The notes: a model not told the origin generated them from the sequence alone. A stretch of DNA of 64,000 bases from Thermoplasmata archaeon (GCA_022749995.1 JAKIWO010000001.1:90330-154329); one strand, 5' to 3'; positions 26,630 through 36,208 are shown, numbered from the stretch's first letter. Program-made: numbers and translations.

Positions 26630-28786
26630 ATGGGGCAACCCGCCGAGGCGGTCGCCCCGGCGACGGTGCCGGAGGAGCCGGCCGACGCCCTCGCCCGGGC
26701 GCTAGCCATCGAGACCGACAGCGCCCGCGCGTTGGTTGCCGCCGGACTGTCCACCCCCGAGCAAGTCCGCGGCGCCCCCGGGACCCGGTTGCTCGAGGCC
26801 GGTCTTACGCCCGAGACGGTCGGGCGGATCCAGAATCCCCCCGCGGCGGCCGAGCCGGAACCCGCCACGGGTTCTCCCGTGGAGAAATGGATGCGGGCGG
26901 CCCGCAAGCCGGATCGCTCCCGACGCCGTCCCCGCACCAGCTCGGCCGGTTCTACGGACGTCGTCAAGCGCTGGGTGGGCGGGGACGACCGGGCGCTCGA
27001 GGGATGGATCAAGCAGTCGGAGGACAACACCCCGAACCTTTCGCCGGCGCCCTCGGGGTCTGAGTCGGGCATGCCCGAGTCACCGGGTGCGCCGACCGGT
27101 CCGAGCGCCGCCGAGCCGTTACCGGCCAAGCTCATCGCCCGAGAGGAGACGGTCGTGCACTGGCTCACCGACCTCCTCGACCGAGTGAAGAGCGAGTCGT
27201 TCGACCCGGCCTCGCTCCTGCAGGAATCGCAGGAACTACACCGGGAACTCTTCGACGAACGGGAGCGCCGCAAGGTCATCGAGGAGGAGCTCGAGCACGT
27301 GAAGCGGGGATCGATCGCCGTCATCAAGTACGTCCGCACCCGCGAGGCCAAGTCGCGGGAGGAGCTGCTCCAGCAGAAGGACAGCGAACTCGTCGAGCTG
27401 CAGAAGAAGCTCGATGAGATCGTGGGCCGTCTGAACGCCAACCAGGCCGGCTCGGCCGGCGTCGAGGGACTCCCGGCGGTGGAGGCCCGCCTCAAGGGCG
27501 AGTACGCGGCGCGCGAGGAGGAGATCCTCTCCCGCGAGTCGGAGCTGCGCCGGCGGGTGGTGGCGCTCGAGGGCGAGCTCCGCACCGCCCGCGCCGGCGC
27601 CGAGACACGACGGCCGCTCGCCGACGGGATGCCGAGCGCGGATGAACGGGAGCGGGAGATCGTCCGGCGGGAGAACGAGCTGCGCAGCCGGTTCGAGGAG
27701 ATCCGGATCCGCGCCGAGGAGATCGACCGCAAGCGGGAGCCGCTCGCCTACAAGGAACGGGAGCTCGGTACTCGCGAGTCCGAGCTCGCGCTCAAGCAGA
27801 AGACGCTCGAGGTCGAGGCCCGACGACTGGAGGAGGCGCGCGCGTCGCTGCCGTCCCCCTCTGCGCGCAAGTCGGTCGAGTCCGACCGGCTCGAGGACCG
27901 GGCCGAGGAGCTCCGCAAGCACGAAGAGGAGCTGCGCACGCGCGAGGCGTTCCTCTCCCAGCGGCTCAAGGAGGTCGAGGGGCTCGAGAAGCAGGCCGCC
28001 GAGAAGGAGGCCGAAACGCTGCACGCCGAGGCCATCGAGTCGGTCCGGGAGAAGGGTGCCAAGGTCCGCACCGGCGTCCGGCGGCTGGACGACCTCCTCT
28101 TCGGCGGGTTGCCACCGGGGAGCCAGGTGCTGGTCAACGGGCCGGCGCACACGGGCAAGGACCTGCTGGGCCGGTTCTTCCTGGTCGAGGGACTCAAGCA
28201 GGGCCAGGGCGCGCTGCTCGTGATCACCGACCGGACGTACACGGCGGTCCGCGAGGAGATGACCGGGCTCTTGCCCAACTACGCCGAGCTCGAGCGGCGC
28301 GGGCTCGTCCGGTACATCGACCTGTACTCCCGGAGCCTCGGCGTGACCGAGGCCGAGCGGAGCGTCAAGCTGCTCTCCTCCACCGACAAGAACCTGCTCG
28401 AGCAGCTCCCGCAGGCGGTGAACAGCTTCGCCGCCGAGCTCAAGGAGAAGGCGAGCGGCTACCGGTTCCTCTTCGAGAGCGTCTCGACCGTCACCGCCTA
28501 CCTGGACAGCAGCCAGGCCTTCCGCGTCCTCCAGCCGCTCATCGGCCGACGCAAGCTCGACGGCGCGTCCGGCTACTACGAGATCGAGACCGGTATGCAC
28601 TCGGAGAGCGACCTGCAGACGCTCGAGCACATGATGGACGGTTCGCTCAACCTGAAGGTGGACCAGCTGAAGACGTTCCTCTCGGTGCGCGGCATCACCG
28701 ACGTGCAGTCCCGGGCGTGGGTCGGCTACACCTTCTCCAAGCGCGCCTTCTCGCTCGGTTCCTTCTCGCTCGACCACATCCGCTGA
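26630..28786 (+). CDS. HhH N-terminus / long coiled coil / C-terminal KaiC-ArlH-like RecA-superfamily domain protein
   Basis: N-terminal helix-hairpin-helix-like repeats, a roughly 300-aa E/R/L-rich heptad region, and a C-terminal RRLDDLLFGGLPPGSQVLVNGPAHTGKDLLG...ALLVITD. Confidence 0.75.
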   Translation: MGQPAEAVAPATVPEEPADALARALAIETDSARALVAAGLSTPEQVRGAPGTRLLEAGLTPETVGRIQNPPAAAEPEPATGSPVEKWMRAARKPDRSRRRPRTSSAGSTDVVKRWVGGDDRALEGWIKQSEDNTPNLSPAPSGSESGMPESPGAPTGPSAAEPLPAKLIAREETVVHWLTDLLDRVKSESFDPASLLQESQELHRELFDERERRKVIEEELEHVKRGSIAVIKYVRTREAKSREELLQQKDSELVELQKKLDEIVGRLNANQAGSAGVEGLPAVEARLKGEYAAREEEILSRESELRRRVVALEGELRTARAGAETRRPLADGMPSADEREREIVRRENELRSRFEEIRIRAEEIDRKREPLAYKERELGTRESELALKQKTLEVEARRLEEARASLPSPSARKSVESDRLEDRAEELRKHEEELRTREAFLSQRLKEVEGLEKQAAEKEAETLHAEAIESVREKGAKVRTGVRRLDDLLFGGLPPGSQVLVNGPAHTGKDLLGRFFLVEGLKQGQGALLVITDRTYTAVREEMTGLLPNYAELERRGLVRYIDLYSRSLGVTEAERSVKLLSSTDKNLLEQLPQAVNSFAAELKEKASGYRFLFESVSTVTAYLDSSQAFRVLQPLIGRRKLDGASGYYEIETGMHSESDLQTLEHMMDGSLNLKVDQLKTFLSVRGITDVQSRAWVGYTFSKRAFSLGSFSLDHIR

Positions 28787-28818
28787 GCCTCCTGCCGGAC
28801 GCGCCGGGAGGCTCCGGG

Positions 28819-29478
28819 TCATCTACCGGCGGGATAGCGCCGCCGCCAAAGGAGCGCCGGCACGACAGCCGCCCCAAGGACCGCCGCGACGTACGCTGGC
28901 AGGTAGGAACTCGCGCCGGAGAGCAGGCCCGGCGCGATCGAACGCGCCGGGTTGAGCGAGCTTCCGCTCAGCGGGCCGATCAGGTAGGTCGCGATTCCCA
29001 CCACCGTGCCGGGGAGCAGGAGCGGCCCTGCACCCCATCGGCTCGACACGTCCGATACGACGAAGACGGATAGGACCAACAGCGCGGTGAACACCGCCTC
29101 TGCGAGGAGGGCCAGCCCGAGCTGCCCCGCGGCTGGCAGGGTGGCTCCCAGATGAGCGCCCGGACCGAGCGCGGCCCAGACGACCAGACTACCCAGGAAC
29201 GCGCCGGACAGCTGGGCCAGGATGTATGGCGCGAGCCAACGGGACGGCGTCCGTCCGCTGAGCACCAGGGCGAGGCTGACCGCCGGATTGAGGTGAGCCC
29301 CCGAGCGGGAAGCCACGAGGAGGATCGGCAGCGTGACCGCCGCGAACCAGGCGAGGGCCAGCAGGAACTGTGGCGTCCCCCCCGCTCGCGCTCCCCCGAC
29401 GATCGCGGCCGTGCCGATCCCGACGAGGAGCGCGGTACCTACGAGCTCGGCCAGAGCGCGTCGCGCGAGCTCCCTCAT
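28819..29478 (-). CDS. MIP-family channel (aquaporin/aquaglyceroporin)
   Basis: Two NPA boxes (HLNPAVS and SLNPARS) and six predicted TM segments. The start overlaps the arsC stop (ATGA). Confidence 0.9.
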   Translation of the reverse strand: MRELARRALAELVGTALLVGIGTAAIVGGARAGGTPQFLLALAWFAAVTLPILLVASRSGAHLNPAVSLALVLSGRTPSRWLAPYILAQLSGAFLGSLVVWAALGPGAHLGATLPAAGQLGLALLAEAVFTALLVLSVFVVSDVSSRWGAGPLLLPGTVVGIATYLIGPLSGSSLNPARSIAPGLLSGASSYLPAYVAAVLGAAVVPALLWRRRYPAGR

Positions 29479-29927
29479 CTCCCCGGCGGTTCTGGAAGTG
29501 AGCTCGAGCCCTTCCCGGGAGCTCCGTCGGCCGTGAGCTCCCGGACGAGGGCGTGGACCCGCTCTTGGATCTCCCCGCGGACCCGTCGGAACCCCGCGTC
29601 ATCGAGCCGGGCCGGGTCCGGCAGCGCCCAGTCCCGGATCGATCCCATCGCGAGATAGGCCGGGCAGCTCTCGTCGTCGAGGCATCCCATCGACACCCGG
29701 AGGTCGGCCGCACGGCTTTGCTCAGGGGTCACCGCGCGCGGGGCATGCGCTGGGACGCTGAGCCCGATCTCGGCGAGCATGGCCGCCAGCCGCGGGTTCG
29801 CGTGAGCTGCCGGTCGAGTGCCGGCCGACTCGGCGTGCCAGCCGGCGGGAGCCTCGGCGTTGAAGATCGCCTCCGCCATGAGCGAACGCGCGGCGTTCCC
29901 GACACACAGGAACAGCACGACGGGCAT
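29475..29927 (-). CDS. arsC: Arsenate reductase, LMW-PTPase type
   Basis: P-loop LFLCVGNAARS (CxxxxxRS), with downstream Cys residues in MGCLDDESCP. Confidence 0.85.
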   Translation of the reverse strand: MPVVLFLCVGNAARSLMAEAIFNAEAPAGWHAESAGTRPAAHANPRLAAMLAEIGLSVPAHAPRAVTPEQSRAADLRVSMGCLDDESCPAYLAMGSIRDWALPDPARLDDAGFRRVRGEIQERVHALVRELTADGAPGKGSSSLPEPPGR

Positions 29928-29937
29928 GCCGGTGGGA

Positions 29938-30753
29938 TCATCCCTCCGTGGGCCGCTGAGCGAGGATGTCAGCGGCGACGACGCCGAGGGACGCTGGGCC
30001 GGCGGGCGACGCACGCGGTTCGGACGCGGAACGGAAGTGGAGCTCGACCGCGGTGAACCCGGCGGCGACGAGGAGCGCTCGCACCTGTTCGGCCTCGATC
30101 GCCCCCGACGAACAGGAGGGCCACTGCGATGGGTCCGCCCGCTCCCGCGCGGAGATCGGCCGCGTGGCCACGACATCGGAGAGCGCGAGCCGCCCGCCGG
30201 GTCGCAGCACCCGGAACGCCTCCCGGTAGACCTGCGCCTTGTCCGGCGCGAGGTTGATGACGCAGTTGGAGAGCACCACATCGACGGAATGGTCCGCGAC
30301 GGGCAGGTGCTCGATCTCTCCCAGGCGGAACTCGACCTGGGTGTGGCCAGCGCGCCGTGCGCTCCGTCGCGCTCGGGCGATCATTTCCGGCGTCATGTCG
30401 ACGCCGATCACCTTGCCCTGCGGGCCGACGCGAGCGGCCGCGAGGAAGCAATCGATGCCGGCCCCGGAGCCCAAGTCGAGGACCGTCTCCCCCGGCCGCA
30501 GCGAGAGGAGCGCCGAGGGGTTGCCGCAGCCGAGGCCCAAGTCGGCGCCCTCCGGCAGCATCGCGAGCTCCGAGCTCGAGTAGCCGAGCACCGTCGAGCT
30601 TCCGTCCCCGCAATCGGAGGATCCGGAGCAACAGGCGCTCGTCTCGGAGGAGCCTCCGCAGCAGCCCCCTCCGCGAGCGATCTGGGCGTACCGCTCTCGC
30701 ACCTCCTGCCGGATCTCGGCGTCTCCCCGGCGCCCCGGTGGGGTCTCGCTCAT
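29938..30753 (-). CDS. arsM: Arsenite S-adenosylmethionine methyltransferase
   Basis: A Cys-rich N-terminus, LGCGNP, SAM motif VLDLGSGAGID, and SNCVINL. Confidence 0.85.
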   Translation of the reverse strand: MSETPPGRRGDAEIRQEVRERYAQIARGGGCCGGSSETSACCSGSSDCGDGSSTVLGYSSSELAMLPEGADLGLGCGNPSALLSLRPGETVLDLGSGAGIDCFLAAARVGPQGKVIGVDMTPEMIARARRSARRAGHTQVEFRLGEIEHLPVADHSVDVVLSNCVINLAPDKAQVYREAFRVLRPGGRLALSDVVATRPISARERADPSQWPSCSSGAIEAEQVRALLVAAGFTAVELHFRSASEPRASPAGPASLGVVAADILAQRPTEG

Positions 30754-31118
30754 GGCAGCGGCATCCGGCTGTCGTTGCTGAGCCGATAGTACAACCACTT
30801 GCCCTTGCGACGGGAGCGGACGAGGCCGGCGGCGACGAGCACCCCCATGTGGTGGCTCACCGTGGGATGGGTGAGCCCCGTCGCGGCCTGGATCTCGCAG
30901 GCGCAGAGCTCGCCGCGTCGCTGCAGGAGTGAGGCCGCCAGGAGCCGGTTCTCATCGGAGAGCGCCTTCACCCGGCGCAGTGCGCTCGGGAAGGCGGCGG
31001 AGCTCCGCACCTCTTTCGCGATCCGCTGGTACTCGGGGACGCAACAGTCGGACTCCCTGCCCCCCAGCCGCACGAGCCGCTCGGGCAGCCCGTCCTCGAC
31101 CCGCGTTCGCGTCATCAT
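30750..31118 (-). CDS. arsR: ArsR/SmtB family metalloregulator
   Basis: ALSDENRLLAASLL.RRGELCACEI ... HPTVSHHMGVL is a wHTH with the ELCxC metal site. The stop overlaps the arsM start. Confidence 0.85.
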   Translation of the reverse strand: MMTRTRVEDGLPERLVRLGGRESDCCVPEYQRIAKEVRSSAAFPSALRRVKALSDENRLLAASLLQRRGELCACEIQAATGLTHPTVSHHMGVLVAAGLVRSRRKGKWLYYRLSNDSRMPLP

Positions 31119-31184
31119 GTAGACGCAGGTCTACACCATATATGTAGATGCTGATGGACATGACTGGGCCGCCCGGGCGGCCCG

Positions 31185-32186
31185 CTACCGGCGCTGCGAG
31201 GTCGCGAGCAGGCTGCCCAGCCCATCGGCGGTGAGCGCCACGGCGATCCCGAACAGCACGACGGCGAGCGCCGGGAACGCGTACATCCACCAGAAGTTGG
31301 TCTCGGCGAGGGGGGACCAGCCGTAGCAGACGCCCCGCGCGAGCAGGTTCCCCCACTCGGGAAAGCTGGTGGACGGCAGCGGAGAGAGCAGCGAGTCGTT
31401 GCCGAAGCAGGCGAGGAACGGGAAGACGGTGAGGACGAAGAACACCTGGTAGACATCGATCGGCAGCTGGGCGAGCGCCGGTCCGAGGGAGTTCGGCAGC
31501 ACGTGGCGCCAGAGCGTCCGGGACGGAAGGCTGCCACTCGCCCGCGCGGATTCGATGTACGGCTCGGCCGTGACCGACTGGGCCCGGGCGCGCACGGGCC
31601 GGGCGTAGTACGGCCAGAGCACGAACGCGAAGAGCAGGACGAAGAGCGTGAGGTGGTCGGCGATCGGGACGAACAGCACCGTGCCGAGGTACAGGATCAC
31701 GACGAGGAAGAACGGGGGTACGGCGAGGAGCAGGTCGACGAGGCCGGTCACGACCCAATCCAGCGGGCCCCGGAAGTAGCCGGCGCTGGCGCCGGCGAGC
31801 GTGCCGGTGAGCGCCGCCACCCCGAGGATGGAGCCGAGGATGCCGATGTCCCACGGAGTGGCCACCAACAGGGCGTGGGCGACGTCCACGCCGAGGCCCG
31901 CCATGATCCCGAACGGGTGAGCGCGGGACGGACCCGGAGGGTACGGGTTTACCTGCCAGGCGAACCGGCCGAGGAGTTGCTCCGGCAGGCCGAACAGGGC
32001 GAACGAGTACAACGCAAGGACGCCGAACCCAACGAGGAGCGCGGTCCCCATGAGCAGGGGCGGCGTGCGCGCCAGCCCTTCGATCGTCCGGTACGCGAGC
32101 CCACGGGTCCGGGCCAGCGCCGCCAGCGCGGCCGGATCCCACGGGTCCGACGCTTCCTCGACAGTGGCCTCGGCCGGTGCGAGCAC
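31185..32186 (-). CDS. ABC transporter permease, DppC/OppC type (copy 1)
   Basis: YYARPVRARAQSVTAEPYIESARASG (EAA-loop region) and the C-terminal MYAFPALAVVLFGIAVALTADGL. Confidence 0.85.
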   Translation of the reverse strand: MLAPAEATVEEASDPWDPAALAALARTRGLAYRTIEGLARTPPLLMGTALLVGFGVLALYSFALFGLPEQLLGRFAWQVNPYPPGPSRAHPFGIMAGLGVDVAHALLVATPWDIGILGSILGVAALTGTLAGASAGYFRGPLDWVVTGLVDLLLAVPPFFLVVILYLGTVLFVPIADHLTLFVLLFAFVLWPYYARPVRARAQSVTAEPYIESARASGSLPSRTLWRHVLPNSLGPALAQLPIDVYQVFFVLTVFPFLACFGNDSLLSPLPSTSFPEWGNLLARGVCYGWSPLAETNFWWMYAFPALAVVLFGIAVALTADGLGSLLATSQRR

Positions 32187-32234
32187 GGGGTTACCGACCC
32201 GCCTCGAGAGCCCCAGGCCCGTGGAGCAGGGCGC

Positions 32235-33248
32235 TCACCGCGCCATCCGGGACTGGAACTGAGCCGAGAGCCCATCGGTGGTGAGCGCCACCGCCACGCC
32301 GAAGAGGATCAGCACGAGGGCGGGGAAGGCGTACATCCACCAGAGATTGGTCGAGCTGCCGGGCACGAGCCCGTAGCAGACACCCTGGGCGAGCAGGTTC
32401 CCCCACTCCGGGAAGTTGGAGGTGGGCAGCGGGGTGAGCCAGGTGAACGTGTGGGAGGGGCTCGTCCGGTTCCAGCAGCCGAGGAACGGGAAGACGGTGA
32501 GCACGAAGAACACCTGGTAGACGTCGATCGGCACCTGCGCGAACACCGGGTCGAGCGAGTTCGGTAGCACGTGCCGCAGCAGGGTACGCCACCGGCTCGC
32601 CCCGGCCGAGCGCGCGGCCTCGACGTACGGCTCGGCCGTCACCGACTCCGAGCGCGCCCGCACCGGTCGGGCGTAGTACGGCCAGAGCACCGCGGCGAAC
32701 AGGAGGACGAACAGCAGCAGCGTGTCCTGCACCGGCACGAAGTTGTACAAGCCCACGAACAGGATGATCACCAGGAAGAACGGGGGGACGGAGAGCAGCA
32801 GGTCCACCGCGCTCGTCACCACCCAGTCGAGCGCGCCGTGGGCGTAGCCGGCCCAGCTCCCGACGAGCGTGCCGACGGCGGCGGCGAGCAGCAGGATCCC
32901 TCCCACGATGGCGAGGTCCCACGGGATCGACTCGTACAGCGCGCTCGCGAGGTCGACCCCGATCACGTTCATCACCCCGAACGGGTGCGCAGCGCTCGGA
33001 CCCGGTGGCAGCGCGGAGTTCGCCCAGGTGTACGAGATCGCGAGGGTCCCCACGCCCGTGCCGTACTGCACCAAGGCGGCGAGCCCCAGCCCGAGGAACG
33101 TCCCGAGCAGCACCACGCCCGCGAAGAGCGAGGGGTTGCGCACGAGCGCGCCGAGGAGCCGTCGCGCCAGCGCCCGCTCGCCGCGCAGCACGCGGAGGCT
33201 CTCCTCCGACCACGGTTCGGCGAGCGCCGGCTCGACGAGCGCGCTCAT
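32235..33248 (-). CDS. ABC transporter permease, DppC/OppC type (copy 2, tandem paralogue)
   Basis: It shares the motif set of copy 1 (YYARPVRARSESVTAEPYVEAARSAG ...). The ATG at 33248 overlaps the upstream stop (ATGA). Confidence 0.85.
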   Translation of the reverse strand: MSALVEPALAEPWSEESLRVLRGERALARRLLGALVRNPSLFAGVVLLGTFLGLGLAALVQYGTGVGTLAISYTWANSALPPGPSAAHPFGVMNVIGVDLASALYESIPWDLAIVGGILLLAAAVGTLVGSWAGYAHGALDWVVTSAVDLLLSVPPFFLVIILFVGLYNFVPVQDTLLLFVLLFAAVLWPYYARPVRARSESVTAEPYVEAARSAGASRWRTLLRHVLPNSLDPVFAQVPIDVYQVFFVLTVFPFLGCWNRTSPSHTFTWLTPLPTSNFPEWGNLLAQGVCYGLVPGSSTNLWWMYAFPALVLILFGVAVALTTDGLSAQFQSRMAR

Positions 33249-36208
33249 CGTCCCTCGGGCAGGAGCCGCGGGTCGAGGTACCGCGCGACCACGTCGGCGA
33301 GCAGGTTCCCCCCGAGCACGAGCAGGAACAGGAATAGGATCGCCACCTGGTACAGGTTGCCGGCGCTGAACCCGCCGCCGTGCGTGAGGCCGAAACCGCT
33401 CGAGGCGACCTGCGTCATCTCCGTGAGCAGCACATTGCCCACCCCCGGGTCGCTGAACAGCGCCTCGGCGACCGCCTGGGTGCCGATGTACACGGGCAGC
33501 GTGATGGCGAACAGTAGCACGAACTCCGGCAGCGCTCGCCGGCCGGTATGGTGCCACAGCAGTCGTCGCTCCGGCACTCCGCGCGAGCGCGCGGCCACCA
33601 CCGCGAGCGCCCGCGCGTGCTCGGCGGCGGCGTGGCGGGCGTACCGCAGGAAGATGGCGACGTACACGATCGCGATCAGCGTCGCCTGGAACAGCGTCTT
33701 GGCGAACACTACCTCAAAGAATGGCCAGTCGGAATGGTAGGCGCTGTCGAGCAGCGGAAAGCCGGTCGGCAGCGTGTTGCCGCCGATGCCGATCCAGCCC
33801 GGCGCCGAGCCCCCGTGGCTGTCGTACCAGTTCAGGTTCGGCAGGATGCCATACGGCGTGTCGCCGACGGCGTGGATGAAGTAGGTGTACGTGCCGCCGA
33901 GCACGAGCAGGATGACGAGGAAGCTCGGCAGCAGAAGGCCGAGCAGCGAGGCCATCCGGCTCCCGATGTCGAAAGCGCCGTCGGAGCGCCAGCCGGCGAG
34001 GAGCCCGACGGCGTAGCCGAGCGCCGCGGAGATCGCGAGCGCGAAGGCCATCAGTTCGAGGGTGTACGGCAGCCACCACTGGATGTACGTGGTCACCGGC
34101 TCGATGAGGTGACCGTAGGAGGCATACCCCCAGTTCACCGTGACCATCGAGTACGCGAAGCTGAACAGGTTGAGGAAGAAGTTCTGCAGCATCGCTCCCG
34201 TGTCGGCGGTGGAGATGGCGTGCTCGGCGACCTGCGGCAGGAAGCTACCGAAGACGTACAGCAGCGCGAGCAGGCACAGCAGCTGCACCGGCATCAGGCT
34301 CGCGCGCATCAGCACGTACCGGCCGAACCGCGACAGGAGCCGGCCCGACAGACCCCGGTCGCGGCGCCGCCGGGAGACCTCGGCGAGCCAGGCCACGAGT
34401 GCCCCGGCCACCAGCACCAGCAAGAGCAGCGTCACCTCCGTGCTCGCCGGGTAGGGTGTCGTGGACAGGCCGACCGGGCTCAGTTCGATGACCAGCCCGA
34501 GCAGCGGGACACCGCTCACCTGGACGTGCTCGGCGAAGCCCGCGTAGGCCGAGAGCCCGCCCACCGTCAGGTAGTCGGTGCCGTTGGGGGCCCGGAGCGC
34601 AAAGCTCCCGTCGGGAGCCGTGAGCGTCGAGCGCGTGTAGCCGCCGCTGCCGATGATCGATACGAACGCGCCGCCCACGGCCCGCGCGCTCGCCCCATCG
34701 ATCAGACGACCGTCGACCGGGAAGAGCGTGAGGGGCCGGACCACGACGCGCAGCCCGTGGATGGGACCGGTGATCGTGAGCGGGAGGCTCGTGGTCTCGG
34801 TGGCCGGGCCGGCGGCGAGCAGGGTGTAGGTGCCGTTCGGCGCGTAGAGCGTGAAGCTGCCGTCGGCGGCGCTGGTCGTGAGCCGGGAGTTGAGCTCGAG
34901 CGTGATGTTCGGCAGCGGCGTGCCGTTCGGGTCGACGGTGAGCCCCGTGACCGGCCAGCTCGCGAGCGTCGAGGCCGCCGCGAAGTAGTCGACCACTCCG
35001 TCGTCGGTGCCGATGACGAGGCCGCCGGCGATGACCGCCGGAGAGGAGTACACGGTGAGGCCACCGTACTCGTAGCTCCAGCGCAGCGCCCCCGTCTCGG
35101 GGTTGAAGTCGTCGAGCGACTCCTGCCCGTCGATCAGGTAGAGACCCGTCGGCGTGAGGACGGGCGCCGAGAGCAGTGGGTAACCGGCCGAGCCGCCCAC
35201 CGAGCCGTTGGTGACCCAGCGCAGGCTCCCGTTACTCACATTGAGAGAAAAGACCGTTCCACCGTCGGAGATCCAATCGACCGACCGGCCGTCGGAGGCG
35301 GGCGGCGCGTCGATCGACCCGCCCCCGGCGTACCGGTCGCTCGAGAAGCTCCAGCGTACGCTCCCGTTCGATGCATCGAGCGCGGTGAGGTTCCCGTTCG
35401 TCGCTCCGAGGAACAGCGTGGAACCGGCGACCGCCGGACCGGCGTTGAGCCGGCTCTGGGAGAGGTTGGTCGACCAGAGCAGCGAGCCGGCGAGCGTGGC
35501 CGCCCGCAGCCCACCCGTGGTGGTCGCGGCGTAGACGGTCCCGTTCTGCTCGGCCGGGGCGCCGGCGCTCGCGCCGCCGAGCGGCAGGCTCCACCGCACC
35601 GCGCCGCTGCCGTCGTCCAGCGCGAAGAGCTCGCCGGCCTCGGTTGCCGCCAGGAGCTCTCCGCCGATGTCGAGGGTGCCCTGGATAACGGCGGAGCCCA
35701 GGCTCCGGTTCCACAGGGTGCGACCGGTGCTCGCGTTCAGCGCGTACAGTACCCCGTTGTCGCAACCGACGTACAGGCGGCCCCCGGCCAGCGTAGGCGT
35801 GGTCGGGTTCGCCCAGAGGCTCGCGTTCCACAGGACGGTCCCGTTCAGTCGGGAGATCGCCACGACCCTCCCGATGATGTCCGCCACGAAGATCCGGCTC
35901 GCGTTCACGGCCGGGCCGGCGCGGATCGGCAGCGTCGAGGCACCCACCGGTGCCCAGGCCTCGCCGGTCCCGGACGGGCCGGAGACCGGGGTGTAGCCGG
36001 ATCGATTGTCGGAGCCGTGGAAGGTCGCCCAGTCGAACAGGCCGGGAGGCGGGGCGCTGTATCCCGGGCGCGTGAGCTCCGCCGGCGCTACCCCCGCCGG
36101 GTGCGTACCTACTGCGGCCCCGGTAGCGCCCGCCGGAGTCAGCAGCAGAACGAGCAGCAGCCCCCATCCGAGTGCGAGCCCAAGCCCGCCGGCGAGCGGA
36201 TGCCGCAC
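33245..36208 (-). CDS. Fusion protein: signal peptide + PQQ-like beta-propeller + CarboxypepD_reg-like beta-sandwiches + DppB/OppB-type ABC permease
   Basis: The N-terminal approx. 430 aa contain repeated G.vyv....G.l.Alda..G...W units. Next come SFTLYAPNGTYTL / GSFALRAPNGTDYL beta-sandwich-like repeats, a TM segment, and the permease core ending LLADVVARYLDPRL. Confidence 0.8.
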   Translation of the reverse strand: MRHPLAGGLGLALGWGLLLVLLLTPAGATGAAVGTHPAGVAPAELTRPGYSAPPPGLFDWATFHGSDNRSGYTPVSGPSGTGEAWAPVGASTLPIRAGPAVNASRIFVADIIGRVVAISRLNGTVLWNASLWANPTTPTLAGGRLYVGCDNGVLYALNASTGRTLWNRSLGSAVIQGTLDIGGELLAATEAGELFALDDGSGAVRWSLPLGGASAGAPAEQNGTVYAATTTGGLRAATLAGSLLWSTNLSQSRLNAGPAVAGSTLFLGATNGNLTALDASNGSVRWSFSSDRYAGGGSIDAPPASDGRSVDWISDGGTVFSLNVSNGSLRWVTNGSVGGSAGYPLLSAPVLTPTGLYLIDGQESLDDFNPETGALRWSYEYGGLTVYSSPAVIAGGLVIGTDDGVVDYFAAASTLASWPVTGLTVDPNGTPLPNITLELNSRLTTSAADGSFTLYAPNGTYTLLAAGPATETTSLPLTITGPIHGLRVVVRPLTLFPVDGRLIDGASARAVGGAFVSIIGSGGYTRSTLTAPDGSFALRAPNGTDYLTVGGLSAYAGFAEHVQVSGVPLLGLVIELSPVGLSTTPYPASTEVTLLLLVLVAGALVAWLAEVSRRRRDRGLSGRLLSRFGRYVLMRASLMPVQLLCLLALLYVFGSFLPQVAEHAISTADTGAMLQNFFLNLFSFAYSMVTVNWGYASYGHLIEPVTTYIQWWLPYTLELMAFALAISAALGYAVGLLAGWRSDGAFDIGSRMASLLGLLLPSFLVILLVLGGTYTYFIHAVGDTPYGILPNLNWYDSHGGSAPGWIGIGGNTLPTGFPLLDSAYHSDWPFFEVVFAKTLFQATLIAIVYVAIFLRYARHAAAEHARALAVVAARSRGVPERRLLWHHTGRRALPEFVLLFAITLPVYIGTQAVAEALFSDPGVGNVLLTEMTQVASSGFGLTHGGGFSAGNLYQVAILFLFLLVLGGNLLADVVARYLDPRLLPEGR

